64,000 nt of DNA from an uncultured Holophagae bacterium. GTDB taxonomy: Bacteria; Acidobacteriota; Thermoanaerobaculia; Thermoanaerobaculales; Sulfomarinibacteraceae. This document shows, piece by piece, positions 36,145 to 44,810 of the stretch. Every line of letters begins with the position of its first letter. Position 1 is the first letter of the stretch. The notes under the pieces are model-generated. The model did no database searches and was not told the origin of the DNA. It worked only from the letters and a program-made list of their open reading frames with translations. The translations under genes and the position numbers were made by a program. The stretch is from positions 1,171,605 to 1,235,604 of the forward strand of contig CAVQXZ010000001.1 of assembly GCA_963718055.1 (NCBI GenBank), given 5' to 3'.

Positions 36145-36473
36145 AGGAGACTCCCACGTTAGGGATAGGGAAGGCATAGGGGTTCCCTTTCCCACGGCTG
36201 GAGTCTACCACCCGTTGGGAGGGGGGCCGGTGGGCCGTATCGCGCCACAATAAATCTGAACGAAGGGTGGATTGTCGCGCCATGAAGAATCCGACCGAGG
36301 GAAGCTGCGGTCGGGAGGCTTCGATGAACGCAGCCGACCGGCGAGCAGGCGCGGAGGTTGAGGGAGAGCTACTGGAAGGCGCCTACGTCTCGACCGCCAC
36401 CGACGCCATCGTCCACCTTGACAATGCGATAAAGTGATACGTGGCACCTATGTATGATTTATGTGGAAACCAT

Positions 36474-37154
36474 ATGAACAGTAGTCAGGTTGCTCCAATG
36501 CGCTCCACTCGAACCAATTGGCTTGTGCTCGCTTCAATTGCCTCACTGGCGCTCCTGGTCATTTCCGGCTGGAGGCCGTACGACCGCGCCACCTGGCTCA
36601 TGGAGGTGGTGCCGGTGATGATCGCCCTCCCGGTCTTGTGCCTCACGTACAAGAGATTTCCGCTGACTTCTCTGCTCTACGTGTGCATCTTCGTCCATGC
36701 AGCGGTGCTCATGCTCGGTGGCGCGTACACGTACGCCCGAGTTCCGCTCGGCTTTCAACTCCAAGATCTGTTCCACCTCGGCCGTAACCCGTACGACAAG
36801 ATCGGCCACTTCTTCCAAGGCTTCGTTCCAGCGCTCGTGGCCAGAGAGATCCTCCTGCGAGGCCACTACGTGCGAGGTCGTCGAATGCTGGCCTTCCTTG
36901 TCGTATGCGTCGTTCTCGCCGTCAGCGCGACCTACGAGTTCATCGAGTGGGGGGCGGCGCTGGCGCTCGGTCAGGGCGCTGACGAGTTCCTCGGAACACA
37001 GGGTGATCCCTTCGATACACAGTCGGATATGTTCTTCGCTCTTGTTGGCTCCGTCGTCGCCTTGGCCTTCTTCGCTCGGCTACAAGACGGTCAGTTGAAA
37101 CGCATGGGCCAAGTCGTCACGGAGAAAGGTCCCCGGCACGCCATTCCGCCCTGA
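36474..37154 (+). CDS. DUF2238 (YjdF-like) inner-membrane protein
   Basis: WLMEVVPV...YKRFPLTSLLY..IF.H...MLGGAYTYARVPLGF...RNPYDKIGHFFQGFVPA...EFIEWG matches the DUF2238 pattern. The start is uncertain: ATG at 36450, 36474 or 36498. GC is lower than the surroundings. Confidence 0.7.
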   Translation: MNSSQVAPMRSTRTNWLVLASIASLALLVISGWRPYDRATWLMEVVPVMIALPVLCLTYKRFPLTSLLYVCIFVHAAVLMLGGAYTYARVPLGFQLQDLFHLGRNPYDKIGHFFQGFVPALVAREILLRGHYVRGRRMLAFLVVCVVLAVSATYEFIEWGAALALGQGADEFLGTQGDPFDTQSDMFFALVGSVVALAFFARLQDGQLKRMGQVVTEKGPRHAIPP

Positions 37155-37381
37155 AGAGGTGTCCGGCAGGCGATGCCGCCATCGTGCCCAGGCGGTTTCC
37201 GAATCCAGCGAAGCGTGATACCCGCGGTGAGTGACGGCGGGCTCGGCCGCGCAGCGTTCGACGAGCCGTTGGACGGACCCCTCCCCAAATGAGATAGCAT
37301 TCACTGGAGAAGGGCCTGCGACCGAGCGGGCGCCGTGGCAGATGCGGCAAGCCGCGACGATCACGGCGGAGGGAGGCAGTC

Positions 37382-38188
37382 GTGGCGAGAGCGCTTCGCG
37401 TGGTGTGGCTCGCTCTCCTGGTGGTATCGGTCGGGAGCGCGCAGGAGCTCTACGTGCCGGCGGCTGCGCACACGAGCGGCGCCGGCGGCACGGTGTGGCG
37501 CACCGACCTCGAGGTCAAGGCGCGGGGGGGCGAGCCGGCCTCGTTCACCGTCGAGCTGCTCGAGGAGCGAACTGCCAACCCCGATCCGCTCTCGGCGACC
37601 TTCTCGCTGGCGGCGGGCGAGAGCACCCGCTTGGTCGACGTGGTCGACACGGCATTTGGCTTCTATGGCAGCGGCGCGCTCCGGCTGACCGCAAACGAGG
37701 GAGCGATCCTGGCGACCTCGAGGACCTACAACACCAACCCGAACGGGACCTTCGGCCAGTACATCCCGGCGTTCGAGGCCGAGACGGCGGCCGAGCACGG
37801 TCGCGACTACGTGCTCCTGCAGCTCTCGAGCTCGGAGTCGTACCGCACGAACGTCGGCTTCGTGAACACGACCGGCGAGTCGCTTGCGCTCGAGGTCGAC
37901 CTGTTCACCTCCTCCGCCGTCCTGCTCGGCTCGGTTCCGGCCACGCTGCGCCCGTATGAGATGCGCCAGATCCCGGCGGTGTTCACGCAAGTGACTAGCG
38001 AGTCGGTCGAGGACGGCTATGCCGTCGTCCGGACCACGACCGAGGCCGGCCGGTTCTTCGCCTACGCCTCGGTAGTCGACAACCTCTCGGGCGACGCGAT
38101 CTTCATCCCGGCCCAGCTCGACGGACCACTCGCGGCCCCGCCCGAGCCTCGCTTCGTCGTCTTCGAGGCGTTCATGCGCCCCGGGTGA
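37382..38188 (+). CDS. secreted beta-rich domain protein, conventional ORF terminated by TGA 38186-38188; possibly only the N-terminal part of a longer readthrough product
   Basis: GGAGGGAGG RBS before GTG 37382. Signal peptide MARALRVVWLALLVVSVGSAQE. The ORF ends ...RFVVFEAFMRPG-TGA, in the middle of a thioredoxin-fold strand-loop. Confidence 0.65.
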   Translation: MARALRVVWLALLVVSVGSAQELYVPAAAHTSGAGGTVWRTDLEVKARGGEPASFTVELLEERTANPDPLSATFSLAAGESTRLVDVVDTAFGFYGSGALRLTANEGAILATSRTYNTNPNGTFGQYIPAFEAETAAEHGRDYVLLQLSSSESYRTNVGFVNTTGESLALEVDLFTSSAVLLGSVPATLRPYEMRQIPAVFTQVTSESVEDGYAVVRTTTEAGRFFAYASVVDNLSGDAIFIPAQLDGPLAAPPEPRFVVFEAFMRPG

Positions 38189-38193
38189 CCGAT

Positions 38194-38231
38194 CTGCGCG
38201 GCCGCCGGTCCGGTGGTCGACCAGCTCGCAG
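38194..38231 (+). other. hairpin downstream of the in-frame TGA (candidate bacterial SECIS-like structure)
   Basis: Folded by eye. The outer stem is 38194-38198 (CUGCG) pairing with 38227-38231 (CGCAG). The inner stem is 38204-38210 pairing with 38219-38225, with one C.A mismatch. The apical loop is CGGUGGUC at 38211-38218, beginning 22 nt after the UGA. Confidence 0.3.
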
Positions 38232-38788
38232 GTGAGTACGCCGACGATCCCGTGGTCTTCATCGAGTACGACGTCGACAACCCTGCCGGCAACCGCGTCA
38301 GCCGCTGGTGGGCGGCCTGGGGGAGCGGGGGCTCGGTCTACCTGCCGCTGATCATGGTCGACAGCGGGAACGAGATCAGCAACGGCTCCGTCGCGTTCGC
38401 CCAGCGCTACCGGGCGATGGTTGACGCGGCCCTGCAGCGGCCTGCGGCGGCACGGCTCGACGTCAACCGCGAGCGGGTCGGCAACTCGTTTCGATTCGAG
38501 ATCGCGCTCACGAACCTGAGCGATGTGACGCTGAGTGCTGCCAACAGCGCGACGCTGCACGTCATCGTGTACGAGGAGGCGCACGTTGGCGACACCGACC
38601 GCTGGGTGCGGGCCGCGACGTTCCGGTCGATTTCCAACCTGGCGCCGCAAGCGACGGCGACCTTCGCGGTGGAGATCGCTCCCGCGGGCGTCGTGGACTG
38701 GGACAAGGTCCACTCCATCGTGCTCGCCGACTATCGCCCGGGCGGGGCCAGCGGCGCCTACGACACCCTGCAGGCAGCCCACCAGTAG
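38213..38788 (+). CDS. thioredoxin-fold domain plus Ig-like C-terminal domain; in frame with and probably continuous with 37382..38188
   Basis: The same reading frame as the upstream ORF. Codons 38189-38212 (PICAAAGP) are also open. PICAAAGPVVDQLAGEYADDPVVFIEYDVDN...GGSVYLPLIMVDSGNE aligns to the thioredoxin layout: CxxC helix, beta3, then the cis-Pro strand. The GTG 38213 start falls inside a helix, so it is probably artefactual. Confidence 0.5.
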   Translation: MVDQLAGEYADDPVVFIEYDVDNPAGNRVSRWWAAWGSGGSVYLPLIMVDSGNEISNGSVAFAQRYRAMVDAALQRPAAARLDVNRERVGNSFRFEIALTNLSDVTLSAANSATLHVIVYEEAHVGDTDRWVRAATFRSISNLAPQATATFAVEIAPAGVVDWDKVHSIVLADYRPGGASGAYDTLQAAHQ

Positions 38789-38908
38789 CCCAGCACGCCC
38801 CCGCGGCGCCAGGCTCGCCCCGTCAGATGATTCGAGGGGAGAGCGGACATTCCGCCATCGCGACGCTTCACCTCGGGTCGCTCTGGGGCGGTAGGACATG
38901 ACCTGTCG

Positions 38909-38939
38909 ATGAAACGGGCCGGCGGAATGCCGCCGGCCC
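38909..38939 (-). terminator. candidate intrinsic terminator for the 38968..39759 gene
   Basis: On the minus strand, GGGCCGGCGG-CAUU-CCGCCGGCCC is a 10-bp GC stem followed by GUUUC. The U-tract is weak. Confidence 0.4.
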
Positions 38940-38967
38940 GTGGCGCGCAGGGCAGGTAACTGGATGG

Positions 38968-39759
38968 TTACTCGACGTCGAAGGTCTGCAGCTCGACCGG
39001 GATGATCGGTCCCAAGGTGTACTTGATCGCAAGTCCGTCGGTGATCGCGGCCTGGTCGCAGGAGTACGGGAGGTAGTAGGTCGCGTCCTGGCCCTCGTCC
39101 TCGATCCCCACCGTCGCCGACGCGCCGTTGTCCCAGGTCGGGTCGCCAAAGACCGTGTCCGCGTACTGGAACAGGATGTCGCCGTTGTCGCAGAGGATGG
39201 CCTCGAAGGTCGCGCTGCCGGTGTTGCTGTAGTGGGGGCGGTTGTACCACTCGAACACGGCACACTGAGTGTCGCAGTCGGGGTGTGGGCACGGGTTGAA
39301 CGCCTGCCAGTAGACGTTGCCGGTCTGGGAGTCCATGTCGTCCCAGAACGCCATGATGAGCGGCGCATCCGGGCTGGTGACGGGCTGGGGGCACGTGTTA
39401 CCGGCCCAGAGGTCGCCGGTGGTTACTCCGACTAGGAGGCCGCCGTTGTTGCCGACGCGGATCATGTTGGTGCCGACGCCGTAGAAGGGGAAGGCGAACG
39501 GGAGGGTGACGTTGGTCTCGTCGTCGTCACCCAGTCCCAGTGCGGTGCCAGTGGCTGAGATGTCGACCAGACTGTAGGTCGGCGGCAGGCCGGTCGCCTC
39601 GTTGTTGTCGATGAATTGATAGCCGAATCCGTCGGGTCCACCGGTCGCCTCCGGACCCCCCGGGTTGGGGGTGGATGGCTCGCCCTTGCCGGGGTCTTCG
39701 GCGAAGCTCGGTACGGTGACGACGAGGGTGAGAGCGACGAGAAGGCATACCTTTTTCAT
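38968..39759 (-). CDS. secreted protein of unknown function
   Basis: GGGAGGA RBS before ATG 39759. Signal peptide MKKVCLLVALTLVVTVPSFA. Gly/Pro-rich linker, then a Cys-containing beta-rich domain. No family recognised. Confidence 0.65.
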   Translation of the reverse strand: MKKVCLLVALTLVVTVPSFAEDPGKGEPSTPNPGGPEATGGPDGFGYQFIDNNEATGLPPTYSLVDISATGTALGLGDDDETNVTLPFAFPFYGVGTNMIRVGNNGGLLVGVTTGDLWAGNTCPQPVTSPDAPLIMAFWDDMDSQTGNVYWQAFNPCPHPDCDTQCAVFEWYNRPHYSNTGSATFEAILCDNGDILFQYADTVFGDPTWDNGASATVGIEDEGQDATYYLPYSCDQAAITDGLAIKYTLGPIIPVELQTFDVE

Positions 39760-39994
39760 AAGATCCTCCCTCTGAACTGCTTCGAAGATATCGCCAAAGG
39801 GCGGAGGGGTCAACATCTTCATCCAAAACCGGTTAGTAGGCTGCGCTGTTTTCTCCTCCGGACGTGACGTGGATCTTCGTGACTCGTGCCGTCGGGCAGG
39901 GGCGTGGGCGCGGGCACGGGCAAGAAGGGCGAGCAGAAGGAGAAGAGCGCCTGGACTTCCGGCGCCCTGGGTGTCGGTCGTGCTCTGTAGGTGG

Positions 39995-41041
39995 TTACGG
40001 AACGGTGAGCGACCAGTGCAAGGTGTCGCCGGACTCGAAGCCGTCGGCGAACACCGGCAGCTCGCATCGCTCGAAGACCAGCAGGGCGGTTTCATCGGCG
40101 ACGGCGACCGCGTAGTCGCTGCCCACGCCCACGGAGGTGATCATCTCCGGCGGATCGTAGGAGCCCACCTCCACCGGCGATGACGGGTCGTTCAGGTCCA
40201 TCACGCGGAGACCCCCGATCCAGTCCGCGACCCACGCGGAGCTGCCGGCAATTGCGATCTCGCCGACGAAGTCCTGCGTGGCGACGAAGCCGATCTCGAC
40301 CGGCGCCGTTGGCGTGCTCACGTCGATGACGCGGAATCCTCCCAGCGTGCCCACGTAGGCGTACCCGCGGTACACGGCGACTTCGCCGACCCAGTCATCC
40401 GGGAAATCAAGCGAGCCGGCCTCAAAGGGTGCTGACGGGGTGCTGACATCGATCACCTTGAGGCCGCCTGGTGGCGATCCGAACGCGTCCAACCAAGGTA
40501 GGTAGGCGTACTGACCCGCAACCGCGACGTCCGTTAATACCGGGGAAGTACCGAACTGCAGCTCGACGAAACCCGTCTCCGATGGTGAGGACGGGGCGCT
40601 CACGTCGAGAACGTAGAGACCCATCGGGAAGCCGTTCGTGACGTAGGCGTACTGGCCGGACACATCAAGGGCGTCGGTATACAACAGGTCGAGAGTCCCC
40701 TCGACGTGCGGCAGCGACGGGGTGCTGACGTCGACTACGAAGAAGCCAAAGGCGGTGACAAAGACATAGCCGTTGGCAGCAGAAAGGTCGCCCGTGTTGT
40801 AGCCGAAGTCGAGGCTCCCGACCACCTCGGGCGACTCGGGGTTCGACAGGTCGGCCACCATGAGGGTCGACTCGTGACCCACGTAGGCGTACGGCTCCTC
40901 CACGCTGACCAGGCTGGCCGCGTCGTCGGGCCACTGGCCGAGAAGCTCCGGGCAGTCCTGGGCGAGTGCAGACGTCGCGAGCAGGCACACAGCGAATCCC
41001 ACAAGCGCCGCCAACCGGACCATCGGCCGCTGGCTCTTCAT
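39995..41041 (-). CDS. secreted LVIVD-repeat beta-propeller protein
   Basis: Signal peptide, then about 7 repeats of the form G.YAYV.....L.V.DVS.P..P..VG (for example LMVADLSNPESPEVVG, FVVDVSTPSLPHVEG, LYVLDVSAPSSPSETG, LKVIDVSTPSAPFEAG, FRVIDVSTPTAPVEIG, LRVMDLNDPSSPVEVG). Confidence 0.8.
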   Translation of the reverse strand: MKSQRPMVRLAALVGFAVCLLATSALAQDCPELLGQWPDDAASLVSVEEPYAYVGHESTLMVADLSNPESPEVVGSLDFGYNTGDLSAANGYVFVTAFGFFVVDVSTPSLPHVEGTLDLLYTDALDVSGQYAYVTNGFPMGLYVLDVSAPSSPSETGFVELQFGTSPVLTDVAVAGQYAYLPWLDAFGSPPGGLKVIDVSTPSAPFEAGSLDFPDDWVGEVAVYRGYAYVGTLGGFRVIDVSTPTAPVEIGFVATQDFVGEIAIAGSSAWVADWIGGLRVMDLNDPSSPVEVGSYDPPEMITSVGVGSDYAVAVADETALLVFERCELPVFADGFESGDTLHWSLTVP

Positions 41042-41199
41042 GGTGTCCTCCTTGAGAGAAGGGCTGTTGACCTGCCCGTACTATAGACCTCGACAGCGAA
41101 GAAGTCATGAGGCAATCCTGGGGTCGCCCGGCGCTGCGGCTGTCAGCACGGCGTCCTTCCCGCGGGGTACTCCCTGCCGGTCGAAGCCCGGCCACTCCA

Positions 41200-41315
41200 C
41201 CTCAGGCCGTGCCCGTCTCCGTGCCCGTGCCCGGATGAGCTCTTCAGTTCTAGTGTGGCCCTGTCGGAATCCGACGCCGAAACGGATACGGAGCCGGAGA
41301 CGGGCACGGAAAGGA
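41200..41315. repeat. family-2 GC-rich intergenic repeat region with an internal inverted repeat
   Basis: CCGTGCCCGTCTCCGTGCCCGTGCCCGG (about 41206-41233) faces GGAGCCGGAGACGGGCACGG (about 41290-41310). It shares the GGAGACGGGCACGG motif with the 15.9 kb and 49.1 kb regions. Confidence 0.45.
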
Positions 41316-41397
41316 GTGGAAGAAACAGGGCGCCGGGAGGCCCGGCCTCGATGCGCGCGCTACAATCGCCGGCATCGACGACGGACGGAGGCTCCCG

Positions 41398-44300
41398 ATG
41401 TTCCACAAGCTCTGGTTCTGGGTGGCGTTCGTGCTGTTCGCGGCGGCGTGCGCGGTGTTCGGGATCGTGAACTTCCCGAAGGCGTTCCCGATCGTCACGC
41501 TCGATCTGGCCATGGACCGAGAGGCGACCCTCGACGCGGCGGCCGGGCTCGCCGACCGCTTCGGCTGGGGTCCGGCGGAGCGGCGCCACGCCGCCTCGTT
41601 CGACGTCGACCGCGGCGTCCAGAGCTTCGTCGAGCTCGAGGCCGGCGGCAGGGAGGCGTTCTCGCGCATGCTCGCCGAGGGCCTCTACTCGCCCTACACC
41701 TGGCAGGTGCGCCACTTCGCCGAGTTCGAGACCAACGAGACCTTGATTCGCTTCACGCCTGCCGGCGCTCCCTTCGGGTTCGTGGAGACCATCCCCGAGG
41801 AGGCCCCGGGGGCCGCCCTCGAGCCCTCCGCCGCGCGGGTGATCGCCGAGGCGGCCGTGACCCGCGACTGGGGGATCGACCTGGGGAACTTCGAGCGGGT
41901 CGAGGACGCGAAGGAGGTGCGGCCCTCCGGCCGGGTCGACCACACCTTCGTGTACGAGCGACCGTCGCCGACCGTGGGCGAGGAGGGACGCTATCGGCTG
42001 CGGCTGGTGGTCACCGGCGACCGTTTCACGGAGCTGACCAACTTCGTCAAGGTGCCGGAGGCCTTCGAGCGCCGCTACGAGGAGATGCGTTCGGCCAACA
42101 ACGGCATCGCCACCGGCGCCGCCGTCGCGGCGGCGGTCCTCTACGTGATCGGCGGCTGCGTCATCGGCCTGTTCCTGCTGCTGCGCACGCGCTGGGTGCT
42201 GTGGAAGCAGGCACTGTGGTGGGGGCTCTTCATCGCCGGGCTGCAGGCGCTGAACGTGCTCAATCAGTGGCCGCTGGCGTGGATGGGCTACGACACCGCG
42301 GTCTCCGCGACCAACTTCGCGCTCGAGCAGATCCTCCAGGCGCTGCTGCAGCTCCTCGGGATGGGGATCCTGCTGACGGTGTCGTTCATGGCCGCTGAGA
42401 GCCTGACCCGGAAGGCCTTCCCGCACCACCTGCAGCTGTGGCGGTTGTGGTCGCCGGGCGTCGCCGGCACCACGTCGGTGGCCGGAGGGACTGTGGCCGG
42501 CTACCTGCTGGTGAGCTGCTTTCTCGCCTTCGACGTCGCGCTCTACTTCTTCGCCAGCCGCACCCTGGGCTGGTGGAACCCTTCCGACGCCCTCTACGAC
42601 CCCAACGTCATCGCCAACTACTTCCCGTGGCTGTCGTCGATCGCGATCTCGCTGCAGGCCGGGTTCTGGGAGGAGTGCCTGTTCCGCGCCATTCCGATCG
42701 CCAGCGCGGCGCTGCTCGGCCAGCGCTTCGGCGGCAAGAAGTGGTGGATCCTCGGGGCGCTGGTGGTGCAGGCGCTGATCTTCGGCGGCGGCCACGCCAA
42801 CTACCCGGCGCAGCCCGCCTACGCGCGGCTGGTCGAGCTCATCCTGCCGGCGATCGGCTTCGGAGTGCTGTACCTGGCGTTCGGCCTGCTGCCGGCGATC
42901 GTGCTCCACTTCGCCTACGACGTGATGTGGTTCGCCATTCCCCTGTTCGCGGCGTCGACGCCCGGGATCTGGCTGGATCGGGCGCTGGTCATCGTGCTGA
43001 CGCTGGTCCCGTTGTGGATCGTGCTGGCGAGACGCCGGCGCGCCGGGGGGTGGAAGGAGGCGGCGATGGCGGACCGGAACCTGGCGTGGCAGCCGCCGCC
43101 AGCAGTGGAGGCGGAGCGCCCCGCGGCCGTGCCGGCCGCCGTCGGTCTCGGCAAGCGCGTTCGCACCGTCCTCGGAGTCGCCGGGGTCGTCGGCATCGCG
43201 GCCTGGTTCGGCCTCGCCGATCTCAGGAGCGACGTGCCGGCGCTCGCCCGGGATCGCGCGGCGGCGCTGGATGCGGCCCGCGGCGAGCTCGAGGTGCGCG
43301 GCATCGCGCTGCCCGAGGGCTGGCGCGAGCTGGCATCGGTCGAGGGACGGCCCGCCCTGGAGGACCGCTTCGTCTGGCAGGAGGGCGGCGACGAGGCGTA
43401 CCGCGGCCTGCTCGGCAGCTACCTGCCGACGCCGCAGTGGCTCGTCCGCTTCGCGTCCTTCGAGGGCGATGTCGTCGAGCGGGCCGAGGAGTACCTGGTG
43501 TTGGTGGGGCCGGACGGCGACGTCGAGCGCTTCCAGCACCGGCTGCCCGAGTCGCGATCGGGCCCACAGCTCGAGGCCGATGCCGCCCGCGAGCTGGCGA
43601 AGCGGGCTCTGATCGATCGGCTCGGGCTGGACGCCGCGCGGCTGGACGAGGTGTCCGCCGAGCCGGAGAAACGTCCCGAGCGGGTCGACTGGCGCTTCGT
43701 GTTCTCCGACAAGGCGGCGTTCCCGATCGAGAAAGGGGACGCGAGGGCCGCGGTCGAGATCGCCGGCGACGAGGTCGTCGACGCCTACCGCTTCGTTCAC
43801 GTTCCGGAAGACTGGGAGCGCGACGAGCGCAACCGCGACAGCGCCGGGCAGCTGGTGCGGATCGCGTGTACGGTGCTGGCGATCCTGATCTTCGTCGCCG
43901 GCGCGGTGGCCGGCGTCGTGCGCTGGAGCAAGGGCCGCTTCGCCCCGCGGACCTTCGCGCTGTCGATGGCGGCCATCTTCATCCTCGGCCTGATCGGCCT
44001 CGCCAACAGCTGGCCGTCGATCACCGCGCAGTTCTCCACCGCCCAGCCCTTCGCCCTGCAGGCAGGGATGATCGTGGCCGGCGCGATCCTGCTGCTGGTC
44101 GCGTCGGCGACCGGGGTGTCGCTGGCGGTCGGTCTCGTTCACCGCTGGATCCCGCGCCAGCCGTCACCGTTGCGGGCCGTCGATGTGGTTGTCGCGTTCG
44201 GCCTCGGCGCCGCCGTCGCCGGCATCGCCGCGGCGGCCGGCAAGGCCGCGGCTCGCCTCGACCCGACCTGGCCGTCGTTCGAGGCGGCCGGCGCGCGGTC

Positions 44301-44736
44301 GCCCTTCCTGGCCGGCGCGCTCGATCCGATCTCGAGCTGGATCGTCGGCACGGCGCTGCTGCTGCTGATCATGGTCTTCGTCGACGTCGCGTCGCGAGGG
44401 TGGACGCGCTGGCGGGTGCCGATGTCCGCGGCGCTGCTGGTCGCCGGCCTGGTGCTGGCCGGCACCGATCGCGTCGAGACCGTTCCGCGCTGGCTGGCGG
44501 CGGGGGCGGTGACCGGGCTGCTGCTGTGGCTCGCCTACGTGCTGGTCCTGCGGCGCCACCTGGCGCTGCTGCCGGTCGCCGCAGCGGCGATGTCGTTCCT
44601 GTCGATCGTGCGGGAGGGCATGTTCCGGGCGTTTCCCGGCGCGCTCGCTGGTTCGTTGACCGCGGGGCTGCTGGTGCTCGTCGTCGGGGTCCTGTGGAGC
44701 CGCCTGCTGACCGCCGACAGCCAGGCTCCGCCCTGA
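41398..44736 (+). CDS. giant CPBP (CAAX/Abi) family intramembrane glutamic endopeptidase with an internal duplication
   Basis: CPBP motifs WEECLFRAIP (EExxxR, about 42670), FGGGHANY (FxxxH) and LHFAYD (HxxxD/N). Two homologous roughly 190-aa ectodomains, each followed by a multi-TM block. Confidence 0.8.
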   Translation: MFHKLWFWVAFVLFAAACAVFGIVNFPKAFPIVTLDLAMDREATLDAAAGLADRFGWGPAERRHAASFDVDRGVQSFVELEAGGREAFSRMLAEGLYSPYTWQVRHFAEFETNETLIRFTPAGAPFGFVETIPEEAPGAALEPSAARVIAEAAVTRDWGIDLGNFERVEDAKEVRPSGRVDHTFVYERPSPTVGEEGRYRLRLVVTGDRFTELTNFVKVPEAFERRYEEMRSANNGIATGAAVAAAVLYVIGGCVIGLFLLLRTRWVLWKQALWWGLFIAGLQALNVLNQWPLAWMGYDTAVSATNFALEQILQALLQLLGMGILLTVSFMAAESLTRKAFPHHLQLWRLWSPGVAGTTSVAGGTVAGYLLVSCFLAFDVALYFFASRTLGWWNPSDALYDPNVIANYFPWLSSIAISLQAGFWEECLFRAIPIASAALLGQRFGGKKWWILGALVVQALIFGGGHANYPAQPAYARLVELILPAIGFGVLYLAFGLLPAIVLHFAYDVMWFAIPLFAASTPGIWLDRALVIVLTLVPLWIVLARRRRAGGWKEAAMADRNLAWQPPPAVEAERPAAVPAAVGLGKRVRTVLGVAGVVGIAAWFGLADLRSDVPALARDRAAALDAARGELEVRGIALPEGWRELASVEGRPALEDRFVWQEGGDEAYRGLLGSYLPTPQWLVRFASFEGDVVERAEEYLVLVGPDGDVERFQHRLPESRSGPQLEADAARELAKRALIDRLGLDAARLDEVSAEPEKRPERVDWRFVFSDKAAFPIEKGDARAAVEIAGDEVVDAYRFVHVPEDWERDERNRDSAGQLVRIACTVLAILIFVAGAVAGVVRWSKGRFAPRTFALSMAAIFILGLIGLANSWPSITAQFSTAQPFALQAGMIVAGAILLLVASATGVSLAVGLVHRWIPRQPSPLRAVDVVVAFGLGAAVAGIAAAAGKAAARLDPTWPSFEAAGARSPFLAGALDPISSWIVGTALLLLIMVFVDVASRGWTRWRVPMSAALLVAGLVLAGTDRVETVPRWLAAGAVTGLLLWLAYVLVLRRHLALLPVAAAAMSFLSIVREGMFRAFPGALAGSLTAGLLVLVVGVLWSRLLTADSQAPP

Positions 44737-44810
44737 GCGGCGGCGGGCTCGGGGAGGGATGTGCGGCCGGGGGCCGTCGAACCGGACCGTGCTGCGCCCG
44801 TAGTACCGGC

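Noticed and set aside
36282-36437. A 51-codon ORF (MKNPTEGSCGREAS...) in the AT-richer gap upstream of the YjdF-like gene.
   Set aside because: It has no RBS and no recognisable motif, and its composition is not protein-like. There is insufficient evidence.
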